Assembly: GCA_964619305.1 (NCBI GenBank)
Contig: CAZUDW010000006.1
Coordinates: forward strand, 1-48,824
Source: an uncultured Flavobacteriales bacterium
GTDB lineage: Bacteria; Bacteroidota; Bacteroidia; Flavobacteriales_H; CAZUDW01
Length of the DNA: 48,824 nucleotides
Direction of reading: 5' to 3'
Both the position numbers and the translations under genes were made by a program. This document shows positions 37,137 to 46,617 of this stretch, piece after piece. Each line of letters opens with the position of its first letter. Position 1 is the first letter of the stretch. The notes under the pieces were generated by a model, which was given only the letters and a program-made list of their open reading frames with translations, did not search any database and was not told the DNA's origin.

Positions 37137-37784
37137 ATGAACTCAACAGAAAAAATTAAACGAGAAGCCATCCTCTTGGCAATCCTTATTGCACCGTTGT
37201 TCGCTATGCTTATTATATGGAACAAGTTACCCGAACAACTACCTATGCATTGGAATATAGACAATCAGGTTGACCGCATGGGTTCCCGTTGGGAAATGCT
37301 GCTGATGAATGCTGGCCTCTACGTCCTTTTACTGATCCTACCCTGGATAGATCCGCGAAGGAAAAATTATTCTGCTTTCTCCGGACCGTATTATAATATC
37401 CGCATCATTTTAACTCTTTTTTTTAGCACACTTTCTGCCTGCATTATTGCCTATGCTGCCGGTGCTGAAATGAACATCAGTAAAATTGTCCAAATAGGTG
37501 TGATTCTGTTGTTCACCGTTTTAAGCAACTATTTTATCAACCTGAAGCCAAACTGGTTTATCGGGATTCGAACACCATGGACAATGGAAAGCGAAATGGT
37601 TTGGAGAAAAACGCATCGCTTTGCCTCTAAACTTGGTTTTTGGGGAGGGTTGGCTACCCTTGCCGTCTCATTCTTTATTTCCGGAACATGGCTCGTTGTG
37701 TCATTGATTGTTTATATTGTCTTTTTTGCAATCATCCCAGCTTTTTATTCTTATTTTTTATTCAGGAAAGAGGACAAAATCTAA
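37137..37784 (+). CDS. SdpI/YhfL-family membrane protein (DUF1648 + SdpI domains)
   Basis: N-terminal DUF1648-like block (LPEQLPMHWNIDNQVDRMGSRWE), the SdpI signature (NWFIGIRTPWTMESEMVWRKTHRF), and six predicted TM helices. Confidence 0.8.
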   Translation: MNSTEKIKREAILLAILIAPLFAMLIIWNKLPEQLPMHWNIDNQVDRMGSRWEMLLMNAGLYVLLLILPWIDPRRKNYSAFSGPYYNIRIILTLFFSTLSACIIAYAAGAEMNISKIVQIGVILLFTVLSNYFINLKPNWFIGIRTPWTMESEMVWRKTHRFASKLGFWGGLATLAVSFFISGTWLVVSLIVYIVFFAIIPAFYSYFLFRKEDKI

Positions 37785-38125
37785 ATGCAAATTCACTCTG
37801 ATATCACTGTAGAAGCATACGGGCCATTTGTTCCAGTTCTTCGTCATGATCTTCTGCCATGGCTTTACCTATTCCGCTATTAAAAAAATAAAACGATACG
37901 GCATAAATTCCGGGGCAAACTCTTCAATCTTTTTTGCCCTGTCTTTTAGGGCAGGTCTTTATGGTAAACCGTGTTTGAAGGGGACGAGAGGAATAAGTCG
38001 CAATAGTTATCGGCAGGTCATGTAATTGGGGTCCGGTGGCTTAGCAATGGTGCCTGTTAAAATTCATATACCTCAATAGGAAGATGAGATATTTTGCGTA
38101 TTATTGTTACCCTGTTTTAAGGATC

Positions 38126-40315
38126 ATGCTTTATAATTCAATCAAAACGATAAAATATGTGTTTGCTGCGATATTCATCATGCTGTTGTTATTACTCAAA
38201 CCATGTTTTAGTCAACAAAAAGACAGCATCATCAATGATTCCCTTGAGCAACTGATATCGGATGCTGTTGACGATTCTGTAAAAGCAAGTCTTACTTTGC
38301 AGCTTGCTTCAAGATTGAGAAAGAAAGATCCTGAAAAAATGCTGTCACTTGCACTGGAATTGATTAACCTTGCCAAACAAAGCGGTAATGAATTGCATCT
38401 TGGCAATGCTTATCATTTACTGGCTCAATACAATCTGGATATCAACGATTACACCCAGGTAATAAAAAATGATAAGAAAGCTCTTTCAATTGCATTGAAG
38501 TATGATGATAAAAAACTGATCGTTGGCTGCGAAAACGAAATCACAATAGCATACCGCACGCTTGGGCAGTATGAAAATGCCATTAAATATGCGCATGAAT
38601 GTTTGTTATCAGCAACAAAATGGAAGGATACATTGGGCAGCGTATCTGCTTATAACAATATTGCGATAGTTTACTTTTTCCAGAAGGACTTTAAGCAGGC
38701 GCTGGAATATTTTACAAAAGCATTGTATTTAGCTAAACAACTTGGAGAGCAACCCCTGATCGCCAAACAATTAAATAACCTGGGCATTGTTTATAAAAAC
38801 AGCGGGGATATCGAAAGAGCTTTAGAATATTATCTTTTGGAATTAAACACATGGAATAAATTAAATGATTTATACGGACAGGCGGTTACTTTTCTTAATA
38901 TAGGCAGCTTGTATTCTCAAAAGGAAGAGTATGATAAGGCGCTTGAATATATGGAGAAATCTTTGGTGCTGAGAAGGAAATTAAAAGACAAGAGAGGTTT
39001 GTGTGAAACATATTCTGGAATTGCAAATTTAGAACTCAACTTACATCATTATTCCAAGGTACTGTCATTGGCTGATTCCGCATTAATCACAGCAAGAGAA
39101 ATTGGCTACAAACAATTGATAAAAGAAGCATTGGGTGTGATGTCTCAGGCATATGAGGAAACAGGTCAGCCGGGAAAAGCCTTGCATGTGCTCAAGGAAT
39201 ATTATGCGATAAAAGACTCCCTGGATAATCTCAGTAATAAGGAAGCTCTTGCTCGTATGGAATCAAGTTTTAAAGCTGAGATGAAAGACAATAAAATAAA
39301 ATTGCTTGAAGAGCATCAGAAACTTCAGGAAGAAAAAATCAAGCACAGTACCACACAAAGAAATATGTTGATTTTAGGGGTCATTATGTTGCTATCTGTA
39401 GGATTATTGCTTTTCAGGAGTTTCAGACTAAAGCATAAAGCCAACATCATATTAAAGCAACAGAATCTGGAGATAGAAGAAAAGAATAAAAGAATTACAG
39501 ACAGTATCGTATATGCGAGCAGAATTCAGAATGCCACCTTGCCTTCGATTTCTCTGATGGAAGAATATTTGGGAGATGGATTTGTTTTGTTTTTGCCAAA
39601 AGATATTGTCAGCGGGGATTTTTATTGGTTTGCACAGGATGTGGAAACAGAAAAGAATAAAGAAATTCCGGAAAGAATATTTGCGGTTGCGGATTGTACC
39701 GGGCATGGTGTTCCCGGAGCTATGATGAGCGTGATCGGCAGTACCGGATTAAACCGATGTATCCGGGAATTCGGGCTTAAATCTCCGGAACAGATATTAA
39801 ACAAACTCAATACCTTAGTGGAAGAATCACTTGCTTTTAGCGGACAGGAGTTGCAGGATGGGATGGATATTGCCTTGTGCAGAATTCTTAGCGATTCAAA
39901 GAATGGAAATGAAAGCACGCTTGAATATGCAGGAGCCAATAATCCACTCTGGATTATTAATCACAACAGAGACGAATGGCCATCAAACGGAGTTTTATTT
40001 GATAATGGGCATGGGGTTGAAATAAAACCGGACAAACAACCAATCGGTCATTTTATTAATCGTAAACCATTCAATAATAACAAGGTGTCTCTTCAAAAAG
40101 GAGATAATGTTTATATATTCAGTGATGGCTTTGCAGATCAGTTTGGCGGTCAGGCCGGAAAGAAATATAAAATAGCCCAATTCAAGGAACTGCTATTATC
40201 TGTCAGTGATAAGCCAATGAAGGAGCATGCAGAAATGATCAAAGATAATTTTTATCAGTGGAAAGGTGACCAGGATCAGGTTGATGACATTTGCATTATT
40301 GGTATTCGCATATAA
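38126..40315 (+). CDS. TPR-repeat sensor fused to a PP2C-type SpoIIE/RsbU phosphatase
   Basis: Signal/anchor at the ATG at 38126 (the longest ORF starts at 38084). About 8 TPR units (e.g. YNNIAIVYFFQKDFKQALEYFTKAL), a coiled coil and a TM helix. The SpoIIE domain follows (ASRIQNATLP, VSGDFYWF, DCTGHGVPGAMMS, FSDGFADQFGG, DDICIIGIR). Confidence 0.88.
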   Translation: MLYNSIKTIKYVFAAIFIMLLLLLKPCFSQQKDSIINDSLEQLISDAVDDSVKASLTLQLASRLRKKDPEKMLSLALELINLAKQSGNELHLGNAYHLLAQYNLDINDYTQVIKNDKKALSIALKYDDKKLIVGCENEITIAYRTLGQYENAIKYAHECLLSATKWKDTLGSVSAYNNIAIVYFFQKDFKQALEYFTKALYLAKQLGEQPLIAKQLNNLGIVYKNSGDIERALEYYLLELNTWNKLNDLYGQAVTFLNIGSLYSQKEEYDKALEYMEKSLVLRRKLKDKRGLCETYSGIANLELNLHHYSKVLSLADSALITAREIGYKQLIKEALGVMSQAYEETGQPGKALHVLKEYYAIKDSLDNLSNKEALARMESSFKAEMKDNKIKLLEEHQKLQEEKIKHSTTQRNMLILGVIMLLSVGLLLFRSFRLKHKANIILKQQNLEIEEKNKRITDSIVYASRIQNATLPSISLMEEYLGDGFVLFLPKDIVSGDFYWFAQDVETEKNKEIPERIFAVADCTGHGVPGAMMSVIGSTGLNRCIREFGLKSPEQILNKLNTLVEESLAFSGQELQDGMDIALCRILSDSKNGNESTLEYAGANNPLWIINHNRDEWPSNGVLFDNGHGVEIKPDKQPIGHFINRKPFNNNKVSLQKGDNVYIFSDGFADQFGGQAGKKYKIAQFKELLLSVSDKPMKEHAEMIKDNFYQWKGDQDQVDDICIIGIRI

Positions 40316-40368
40316 ATATATCTGCTTTTCTGTTGCGCTTCTATTTTTTGATCTGCATAGAGTTTCAT

Positions 40369-40376
40369 TAGTTTTG
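40369..40376 (+). promoter_or_regulatory. Bacteroidota -7 box (TAnnTTTG) upstream of the S46 peptidase gene
   Basis: TAGTTTTG lies 15 nt upstream of the ATG at 40392. Confidence 0.45.
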
Positions 40377-40391
40377 TTTAAATCATAAGTT

Positions 40392-42575
40392 ATGAAGAGA
40401 AGTATTATCTTATTTTTTACAGTGATATTTGTAATTAATCTTCACTCCAAGGAAGGTATGTGGCTGCCTTCATTATTATCTGCCAACGAAGCGGAAATGA
40501 AAGCTCTGGGGATGAAGATGTCCATAGATGATATTTATTCCACCAATCATGCAAGTATTAAAGATGCGATCGTTCAGTTTAATGGCGGTTGCACTGCTTC
40601 CTTCATTTCTGGTGATGGATTACTGTTGACCAATCATCATTGCGGATATAGTTCCATTCAATCACACAGTTCAGTTGATCATGATTATCTCACCGATGGG
40701 TTTTTGGCAAAGAGCCATCAGGAAGAATTGCCAAACGAAGGTTATACAGCTATGATGGTTGTACGCATGGAAGACGTTACAGAACAGGTGATGAAGGGGA
40801 TTGATGATAAAATGAATGAAACGGAATGTACTGCTGCATTGGATTCCAATATCAGCCAAGTGATTAAAGCTGCTACAGAAGACACAAAGTATGAAGGCTT
40901 TGTAAAATCTTTTTATTATGGATTAAAATATTATCTTTTTGTGACTCTAACCTATCGTGATGTGCGGCTGGTTGGAGCTCCTCCTTCCTCAATAGGAAAA
41001 TTCGGATTTGAAACAGATAACTGGATGTGGCCCCGGCACAGCTGTGATTTTTCTTTATTCAGGGTATATGCCGATAAAAGCAACAATCCTGCGGATTATT
41101 CACCGGATAATGTACCATATCACCCGGATTATTTTTTACCTATTTCACTTAGCGGTATTCAGGAAGGTGATTTCACAATGGTGTATGGATTTCCTGGCCG
41201 AACGCGGGAATACCTGCCTTCATTTGCAGTTGATTACATTTTGAATAAATCAAATCCTGCAAGAATTGAATTCAGGGAAAAATCTCTTGGGATATTGGAT
41301 AGGACAATGAAACAAAGTGATGAAATGCGGATTATGTATGCAGCCAGGTATGCCAGTATCAGTAACTATTATAAGAAATGGATCGGTGAAAACAAAGGAT
41401 TGACCAGAATGCATGCTTTGGATCAAAAAAGAAAGATAGAAATCAAATTAGATTCTGCCATTCATGCGCAGGGACGTAAAGAATATGAAAACCTCCTAAA
41501 AGAGATGAAAGAGCTATATGAAGCGAAAGAGCCATATTCATTAAGCAGAGATTGCTACATCGAGCTGATATATTACGGACCACGCCTTTTGCGTTTTGCT
41601 GCTGGTTTTGGCTCCTTGGTTGATAAAGTTGCCAAAGCGAATGACAAAGAGGAAATAAATAAATTGTTCACAGAAAAGGAAGAACAAGTAAAGAAATTTT
41701 ATAGCCGTATTGACCTCAAAACAGATCAACAAATATTGTCATCTCTGCTTCAGATTTATGTGTCTAAACTTGATAAAAGTGTAATACCGCCTATGATTAA
41801 TTCTGAGATGCAATCAAATAATGGGGATTTAAGTAAATATATTCAAAATGTGATTAACAAATCCTTTTTTACAAACAAGGACAGGATGATGACATTATTA
41901 GAAAAAGCTTCTGTTCATAAGATCAAAGTCCTGAAAGACGATCCGCTTTACAAACTTGCCACAGGGATAATTTCACATTATAAAAATACCATTTCTCCGA
42001 CTTTGCATTCATTTAATATGCAGGGAGAAAAGGTGCAGCAACTCTTTATTAAAGCTTTGATGGAATTACTGCCTGAATATAAACGGTTTTACCCGGATGC
42101 AAATGGCACATTGAGAATTTCGTATGGCAATATTCAAGGATATCACCCAAGAGATGCCGTTGAGTATAACTGGAACACTCTTTTAAAAGGAGTTATGGAG
42201 AAAGATCAACCCGAAAATCCGGAGTTTGATGTGCCTGATAAATTAAAAAGTTTGTATGCATCCAAAGATTTTGGAGACTATGGTAAGGGAGGGAAAATGA
42301 ATGTTTGCTTTGTTGCCGACAATCATACCACCGGGGGCAATTCAGGCAGCCCTGTTTTAGATGCAAATGGTTATCTGATCGGACTTAATTTTGATCGTTG
42401 CTGGGAAGGCACGATGAGCGATATCTATTATGATGCTTCTTTATGTCGCAACATCAGTGTAGATATCAGGTATGTGCTTTTTGTAATTGACAAATTTGCT
42501 GATGCAGGTTATTTGCTTGATGAAATGAATTTAACAAAGGAAACAAACAACAAGTCTTTTAAATACAAGAGGTAA
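40392..42575 (+). CDS. S46-family dipeptidyl-peptidase (DPP7/DPP11-like)
   Basis: A mature N-terminus of the KEGMWLP type follows the signal peptide. Catalytic His context (LLLTNHHCG), Asp region, and Ser context (TTGGNSGSPVLDANGYLIGLNFD). The ~720-aa size is typical of S46. Confidence 0.93.
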   Translation: MKRSIILFFTVIFVINLHSKEGMWLPSLLSANEAEMKALGMKMSIDDIYSTNHASIKDAIVQFNGGCTASFISGDGLLLTNHHCGYSSIQSHSSVDHDYLTDGFLAKSHQEELPNEGYTAMMVVRMEDVTEQVMKGIDDKMNETECTAALDSNISQVIKAATEDTKYEGFVKSFYYGLKYYLFVTLTYRDVRLVGAPPSSIGKFGFETDNWMWPRHSCDFSLFRVYADKSNNPADYSPDNVPYHPDYFLPISLSGIQEGDFTMVYGFPGRTREYLPSFAVDYILNKSNPARIEFREKSLGILDRTMKQSDEMRIMYAARYASISNYYKKWIGENKGLTRMHALDQKRKIEIKLDSAIHAQGRKEYENLLKEMKELYEAKEPYSLSRDCYIELIYYGPRLLRFAAGFGSLVDKVAKANDKEEINKLFTEKEEQVKKFYSRIDLKTDQQILSSLLQIYVSKLDKSVIPPMINSEMQSNNGDLSKYIQNVINKSFFTNKDRMMTLLEKASVHKIKVLKDDPLYKLATGIISHYKNTISPTLHSFNMQGEKVQQLFIKALMELLPEYKRFYPDANGTLRISYGNIQGYHPRDAVEYNWNTLLKGVMEKDQPENPEFDVPDKLKSLYASKDFGDYGKGGKMNVCFVADNHTTGGNSGSPVLDANGYLIGLNFDRCWEGTMSDIYYDASLCRNISVDIRYVLFVIDKFADAGYLLDEMNLTKETNNKSFKYKR

Positions 42576-42622
42576 AATCAGAGAAGCAAGTATCTCTGAA
42601 ATGTTGGTGTTATTTTAAAGAA

Positions 42623-43456
42623 TTAAAACACGATCAGCTTTTTAGTAATCAGATGATTGTCAGCATTGAGGCGTATGAAAACAATATCAGATGATATGTC
42701 AATAGCTGATTTATCAAATGAAAAGCTGTAAGCACCTTTATCCAATGCCTTGTTTGCCAAAGTAGATATTCTTTGCCCAAGGACATTATAGACTTCCAAC
42801 CTGATATCTGATCTTTTTGTAAGATTACATTTGATGATAAAATTGTGAGAACTAATGGTATTTATTTCCATAGACATGATGTCTGAGGATTGTTCAGTAA
42901 TTCCTGTGCCTGATGAGAGAGTAATATCGTAATCTTCCACCTCACCATGTTGCATCAATGGATGATTAGGATAATTAAGGTATCCGCAGGGTTCAGGTGT
43001 AATATGACCTTGATTTTCACTCATATCAGTATAAACTCTCATTCTTGTTGTGCCAAGGGTGGCGGTTCCGGGTACAGTAAAATTTGCAGTTAAAGTACCT
43101 TGTGGTTGATTATCCCATGTACATGCCTGTTCTCCATTATCATCAAAATCTTGATCCTGGTTCCAGTCAATCCAAACGCGGCTGTTATTACCAGTGCCGA
43201 TGATCTGGGTAGAAACAGAAATATTATAGGAATTATTTGTAGTTAAGGTAGGTACATTAACGCTTGTCCAGTAGGTATAAACTTCAGCGCCACCATCATT
43301 AATTGTTGATGAGTTGTTTAATGTTTCAAGTGTTACATTGGTGATTCCGGTATATGGCCCGGTAGCCCATGGTGGGGGAGTACAATACTGGGCATTAATA
43401 TTCATTGTACAATAGCAAAGGCAACTTAAGACAGATAATTTAGTAAAGTTTCTCAT
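42623..43456 (-). CDS. GEVED-domain protein with T9SS C-terminal sorting domain
   Basis: The ATG at 43456 gives a signal peptide (MRNFTKLSVLSCLCYCTMNINAQ). GEVED motif (HGEVEDYDITL). C-terminal CTD-like ~80 aa (..IRLEVYNVLGQRISTL..GAYSFSF..IVFIRLNADNHLITKKLIVF). The upstream 59 codons of the longest ORF look non-coding. Confidence 0.75.
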   Translation of the reverse strand: MRNFTKLSVLSCLCYCTMNINAQYCTPPPWATGPYTGITNVTLETLNNSSTINDGGAEVYTYWTSVNVPTLTTNNSYNISVSTQIIGTGNNSRVWIDWNQDQDFDDNGEQACTWDNQPQGTLTANFTVPGTATLGTTRMRVYTDMSENQGHITPEPCGYLNYPNHPLMQHGEVEDYDITLSSGTGITEQSSDIMSMEINTISSHNFIIKCNLTKRSDIRLEVYNVLGQRISTLANKALDKGAYSFSFDKSAIDISSDIVFIRLNADNHLITKKLIVF

Positions 43457-43638
43457 GACATTTGAATTTAGGATTATCTTGAACAGACGACAGGAAAATA
43501 AAATAGTTGCATAAATGCTAAATATTATATCAAAAAAATCATGCAGAAATAAGCGGCAGTTCGAGGTTAAGTCCTGTTTGTTCAGAAATGTCTGTCTCAT
43601 CGCAAACCCGTTAAAAATAACCCGGTTGAGCACAGAAG

Positions 43639-43663
43639 GACAACGAAATATAAGGCCGTTGTC
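43639..43663 (-). terminator. Weak terminator-like hairpin after the M16 peptidase gene
   Basis: A 7-bp stem (gacaacg / cgttgtc) starts 4 nt after the stop. No clean U-tract follows, so this is low confidence. Confidence 0.3.
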
Positions 43664-43666
43664 AGA

Positions 43667-46600
43667 TTAATAACCGAAGATTTCGTTTAAATGAAGTTCT
43701 TTAACAGTACCCAGTTTTTCCAATGCTTTAAAATCAACAGCACTTCTTTTGCCAATAGCCAGATAGGTATATTTTTTATCTTTAATATGTTTATCGAAAA
43801 AGCTGTGCAAATCTTTTAAATCAATCGAGGGTAATTCAGTATAAATATCTTTTCTGATATCATGATCTAAACCCAGCCTTCTTGCTCGCTCCGAACTCCA
43901 GAATATGCTGGTTTTGGTTATGCGATCTGTTTCGATTTTCTTCAATGCAGATATTTTAGCAGCTTCAAACTGCTCTTTAGATTCCGGCATGTTATTCATC
44001 AGCCCGAGCAAAGTCTCGACAGCTAAACCAAGCTTGTCGCTCTGAGTGCCGACATAAGCACGAATATAATGTGATTTGTCTTTTTCAATCGGGGTGGAGA
44101 ATCCTGCCCATGCTGAATATGCAAGCGCTTTAGCTTCCCTGATTTCCTGAAAAACGATTGAACACAATCCTGAACCAAAATATTCATTAAACAATGAGAT
44201 ATAAGGAAGTATTTGAGGATCATAATTAACATCTTTGGAAATGAGCATGAGTTCTGTTTGTACCATGTCATAATCGACATAGTAAACTTTGTTTTCCGTC
44301 ATTGCCAATTCCTCATATTGTGTAGCTACAGGATAGTCATTTAGTTCAGCAGGAGTGTGATGTTCTGCATTGAGCAAGTCAACTACAGTCTCAGGTTTAT
44401 TTTGTCCATAATAGAAGATGCGGTGTTTAAATTTATTAATGCTTTTAATTTTCTCAACAAGTTCTTCGGGATCAAGTTTGGTTAATTCGTCATTAGAGAT
44501 TTTATCGGTAAAAGGAGATTTTGCACCATATCTGGCATAATTGTACATGGCAGATTGCAGTATTATCCACTTGTTCTTTGTAGCATCCTCTCTTTCTTTT
44601 ATTATATCCCTAACCAATTCTTTTAATGCGTTAGGATCTGCTTTGGCATTATTGAGCAATGTCTCAAAAAGCCTGACACCTTCCTGAAGAGATTCTTCCA
44701 AACCGTTTAATGTAACATAGGTACGGTCTTCACCAGTGAAAACATCAAAGGAAAGTCCCAGGCGATAGAATTCCTTCTGAAAATCCTCTGCTGACATATC
44801 TTCAGTACCTAGATAAGGAAGATATTTTATTGCAATCTGAATCTTTTCATCATTATTGGTTCCCATATCCAACAAATAATACAATGAAAATATATGATTT
44901 GTTTTGTTTTCTATGTAGCTGAAAGGAATACCACTTCCCACCGACAGTTTCTTTATGTCTTTTTTATAATCAACAAACACCGGGTTTAATCTTCCAGGTT
45001 GAATGGAATCAAAACTTTCGTAAAAAGCGGAATGCTGATCGCGGTTTACATCAATGGGTGTTATATGTGGTTTAGGTACTTTATAAGTTTGTTTATCTTG
45101 CCCGTTGCGTTTATAAACAGTAATATAGTTGTTGGTGAAATGTTCATTTACCCATTTTACCAGTTGATCTTTGGTTATCTCTCCCATTTTATCTATCTGG
45201 TGAATTTTATCATTCCAGTCTATTTGAAAAATAAAAGATTGCATCATCTGCATTGCCCGGGAAAAATTACTCTCGTTCCATCGCTCCTGGTCAAGTTTGT
45301 AATTTTTAATGACAGCGTCCAGCATCCAGTCTTCAAAATCACCTTTTTTAATTAGTTCAATCTGATCAAGAAGAAGAGATTTAACATCTTCAAGTGATTG
45401 CCCTTGTTTGGGATTTCCTGTCATCACAAATTGGGAGTAGTCATTGTTTTCATCATAATAGGCATTTGCTCTCAGTAGTTTTTGTTTTTGTAAGAGATTG
45501 ATATCCATCAGTCCGGCCTGCCCATTAGAAAGCAGATCAGAGACAAGACGAAGATAAGGCCATTCATCCCCATGAATGCCGCTAAACCTGTAACCCATTG
45601 TAATCCATTCTGACATAGGGCCGAAAACCTCTGCTTCAACAGGTTCTGTAATGGGATCTTCAACCGGTGATTTAAATTCAGTGGGATTGCCCGATTTTAA
45701 TTTGCTGAAATATTTATCGATTGATTTGATCGTTGAATCAGGATTAAGATCTCCGGCAATGATAATTGCCATGTTGTTGGGGACATAGTAAGTGTTAAAG
45801 AACTTATGAATCCTCACCATTGAAGGATTTTTAAGATGTTCTCCCAATCCAATTGTTGAACGGCCATAGGGATGTTTTGAGTACATCAGGGAATCGAGCA
45901 TTTGATAAACCTTTCTGTAGTCATTATCTTGTCCGCGATTAAACTCTTCATAAACAGCTTCCAGTTCTGTGTGAAACAATCTCAGCGTAAGCTCTGAAAA
46001 TCTTTCTGATTCAAGTTTCATCCATTTATCCAGTTCATTGGTTGGCAGATCATTTATATAAACCGTCTGTTCAAGGGAAGTAAAGGCATTTGTTCTTTTT
46101 GCTCCCAGCGATGAAACCATTTTATCGTATTCGTTTGGAGCGCAATAAGAAGCGGCAAGTTGTGACAAACTATCTATTTGTATATAGATTTTATCCTTTT
46201 GTTCAGCATCATCAGTGGCTTTGTGTTTTTCAAAAAGATCAGAGATTTGTTGTAGCAATACTTTTTCCTTTTCCCAGTTAAGAGATGCAATTTTTGAAGT
46301 GCCTTTAAACATCATATGCTCAAGGTAATGAGCGAGACCTGTGCAATCAGATGGGTCATTTTTGCTTCCTGCCCGAACAGCAATAGCTGTCTGTACCCTC
46401 GGTTTATCTTTATTGACAGAGAGGTAAACTTTGAGCCCGTTATCCAAGGTATAAATTCGGATACCCATAGGATCATTCTCAAAGGATTCGTACTTGTACT
46501 TACTTTCTGATGTGTTGTCTTTAATAGAATCACTGCAAGCATTCATCAATATGAAAGCCACAGGAAGAGAGAACAATATCTTTAGAAACTTTTTTTTCAT
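43667..46600 (-). CDS. M16-family (pitrilysin/insulinase-like) zinc peptidase, lipoprotein
   Basis: Lipobox-like signal (FILMNACSD) and inverted zinc motif HxxEH (GLAHYLEHMMFKGT). Duplicated M16 active and inactive halves account for the ~977-aa length. Confidence 0.9.
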   Translation of the reverse strand: MKKKFLKILFSLPVAFILMNACSDSIKDNTSESKYKYESFENDPMGIRIYTLDNGLKVYLSVNKDKPRVQTAIAVRAGSKNDPSDCTGLAHYLEHMMFKGTSKIASLNWEKEKVLLQQISDLFEKHKATDDAEQKDKIYIQIDSLSQLAASYCAPNEYDKMVSSLGAKRTNAFTSLEQTVYINDLPTNELDKWMKLESERFSELTLRLFHTELEAVYEEFNRGQDNDYRKVYQMLDSLMYSKHPYGRSTIGLGEHLKNPSMVRIHKFFNTYYVPNNMAIIIAGDLNPDSTIKSIDKYFSKLKSGNPTEFKSPVEDPITEPVEAEVFGPMSEWITMGYRFSGIHGDEWPYLRLVSDLLSNGQAGLMDINLLQKQKLLRANAYYDENNDYSQFVMTGNPKQGQSLEDVKSLLLDQIELIKKGDFEDWMLDAVIKNYKLDQERWNESNFSRAMQMMQSFIFQIDWNDKIHQIDKMGEITKDQLVKWVNEHFTNNYITVYKRNGQDKQTYKVPKPHITPIDVNRDQHSAFYESFDSIQPGRLNPVFVDYKKDIKKLSVGSGIPFSYIENKTNHIFSLYYLLDMGTNNDEKIQIAIKYLPYLGTEDMSAEDFQKEFYRLGLSFDVFTGEDRTYVTLNGLEESLQEGVRLFETLLNNAKADPNALKELVRDIIKEREDATKNKWIILQSAMYNYARYGAKSPFTDKISNDELTKLDPEELVEKIKSINKFKHRIFYYGQNKPETVVDLLNAEHHTPAELNDYPVATQYEELAMTENKVYYVDYDMVQTELMLISKDVNYDPQILPYISLFNEYFGSGLCSIVFQEIREAKALAYSAWAGFSTPIEKDKSHYIRAYVGTQSDKLGLAVETLLGLMNNMPESKEQFEAAKISALKKIETDRITKTSIFWSSERARRLGLDHDIRKDIYTELPSIDLKDLHSFFDKHIKDKKYTYLAIGKRSAVDFKALEKLGTVKELHLNEIFGY

Positions 46601-46617
46601 CTTAGAGGTTTTTACAA

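Noticed and set aside
37563-37576. tRNA T-arm-like sequence (reverse complement GGTGTTCGAATCCC).
   Set aside because: The flanking bases cannot form a 5-bp T stem, and no acceptor or anticodon arms can be drawn. It lies within the SdpI signature coding sequence (FIGIRTPW).
37785-38125. ORF 37828-38025(+), and a possible minus-strand gene ending MAEDHDEELEQMARMLLQ*.
   Set aside because: The plus ORF has no features. The minus-strand reading is broken by a stop and a frameshift at a T/A homopolymer, and I cannot name a family. It is mentioned only as a possible relic in a finding.
42576-42622. Hairpin cagaga..tctctg between the convergent S46 and GEVED genes as a bidirectional terminator.
   Set aside because: The stem is only 6 bp with an 8-nt loop and has no U-tract on either strand.
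43457-43633. N-terminal 59-codon extension of the GEVED/T9SS ORF (longest ORF 42623-43633).
   Set aside because: The extension is Phe/Ile/Asn-rich with no signal peptide, whereas the internal ATG at 43456 is followed immediately by a canonical signal peptide.
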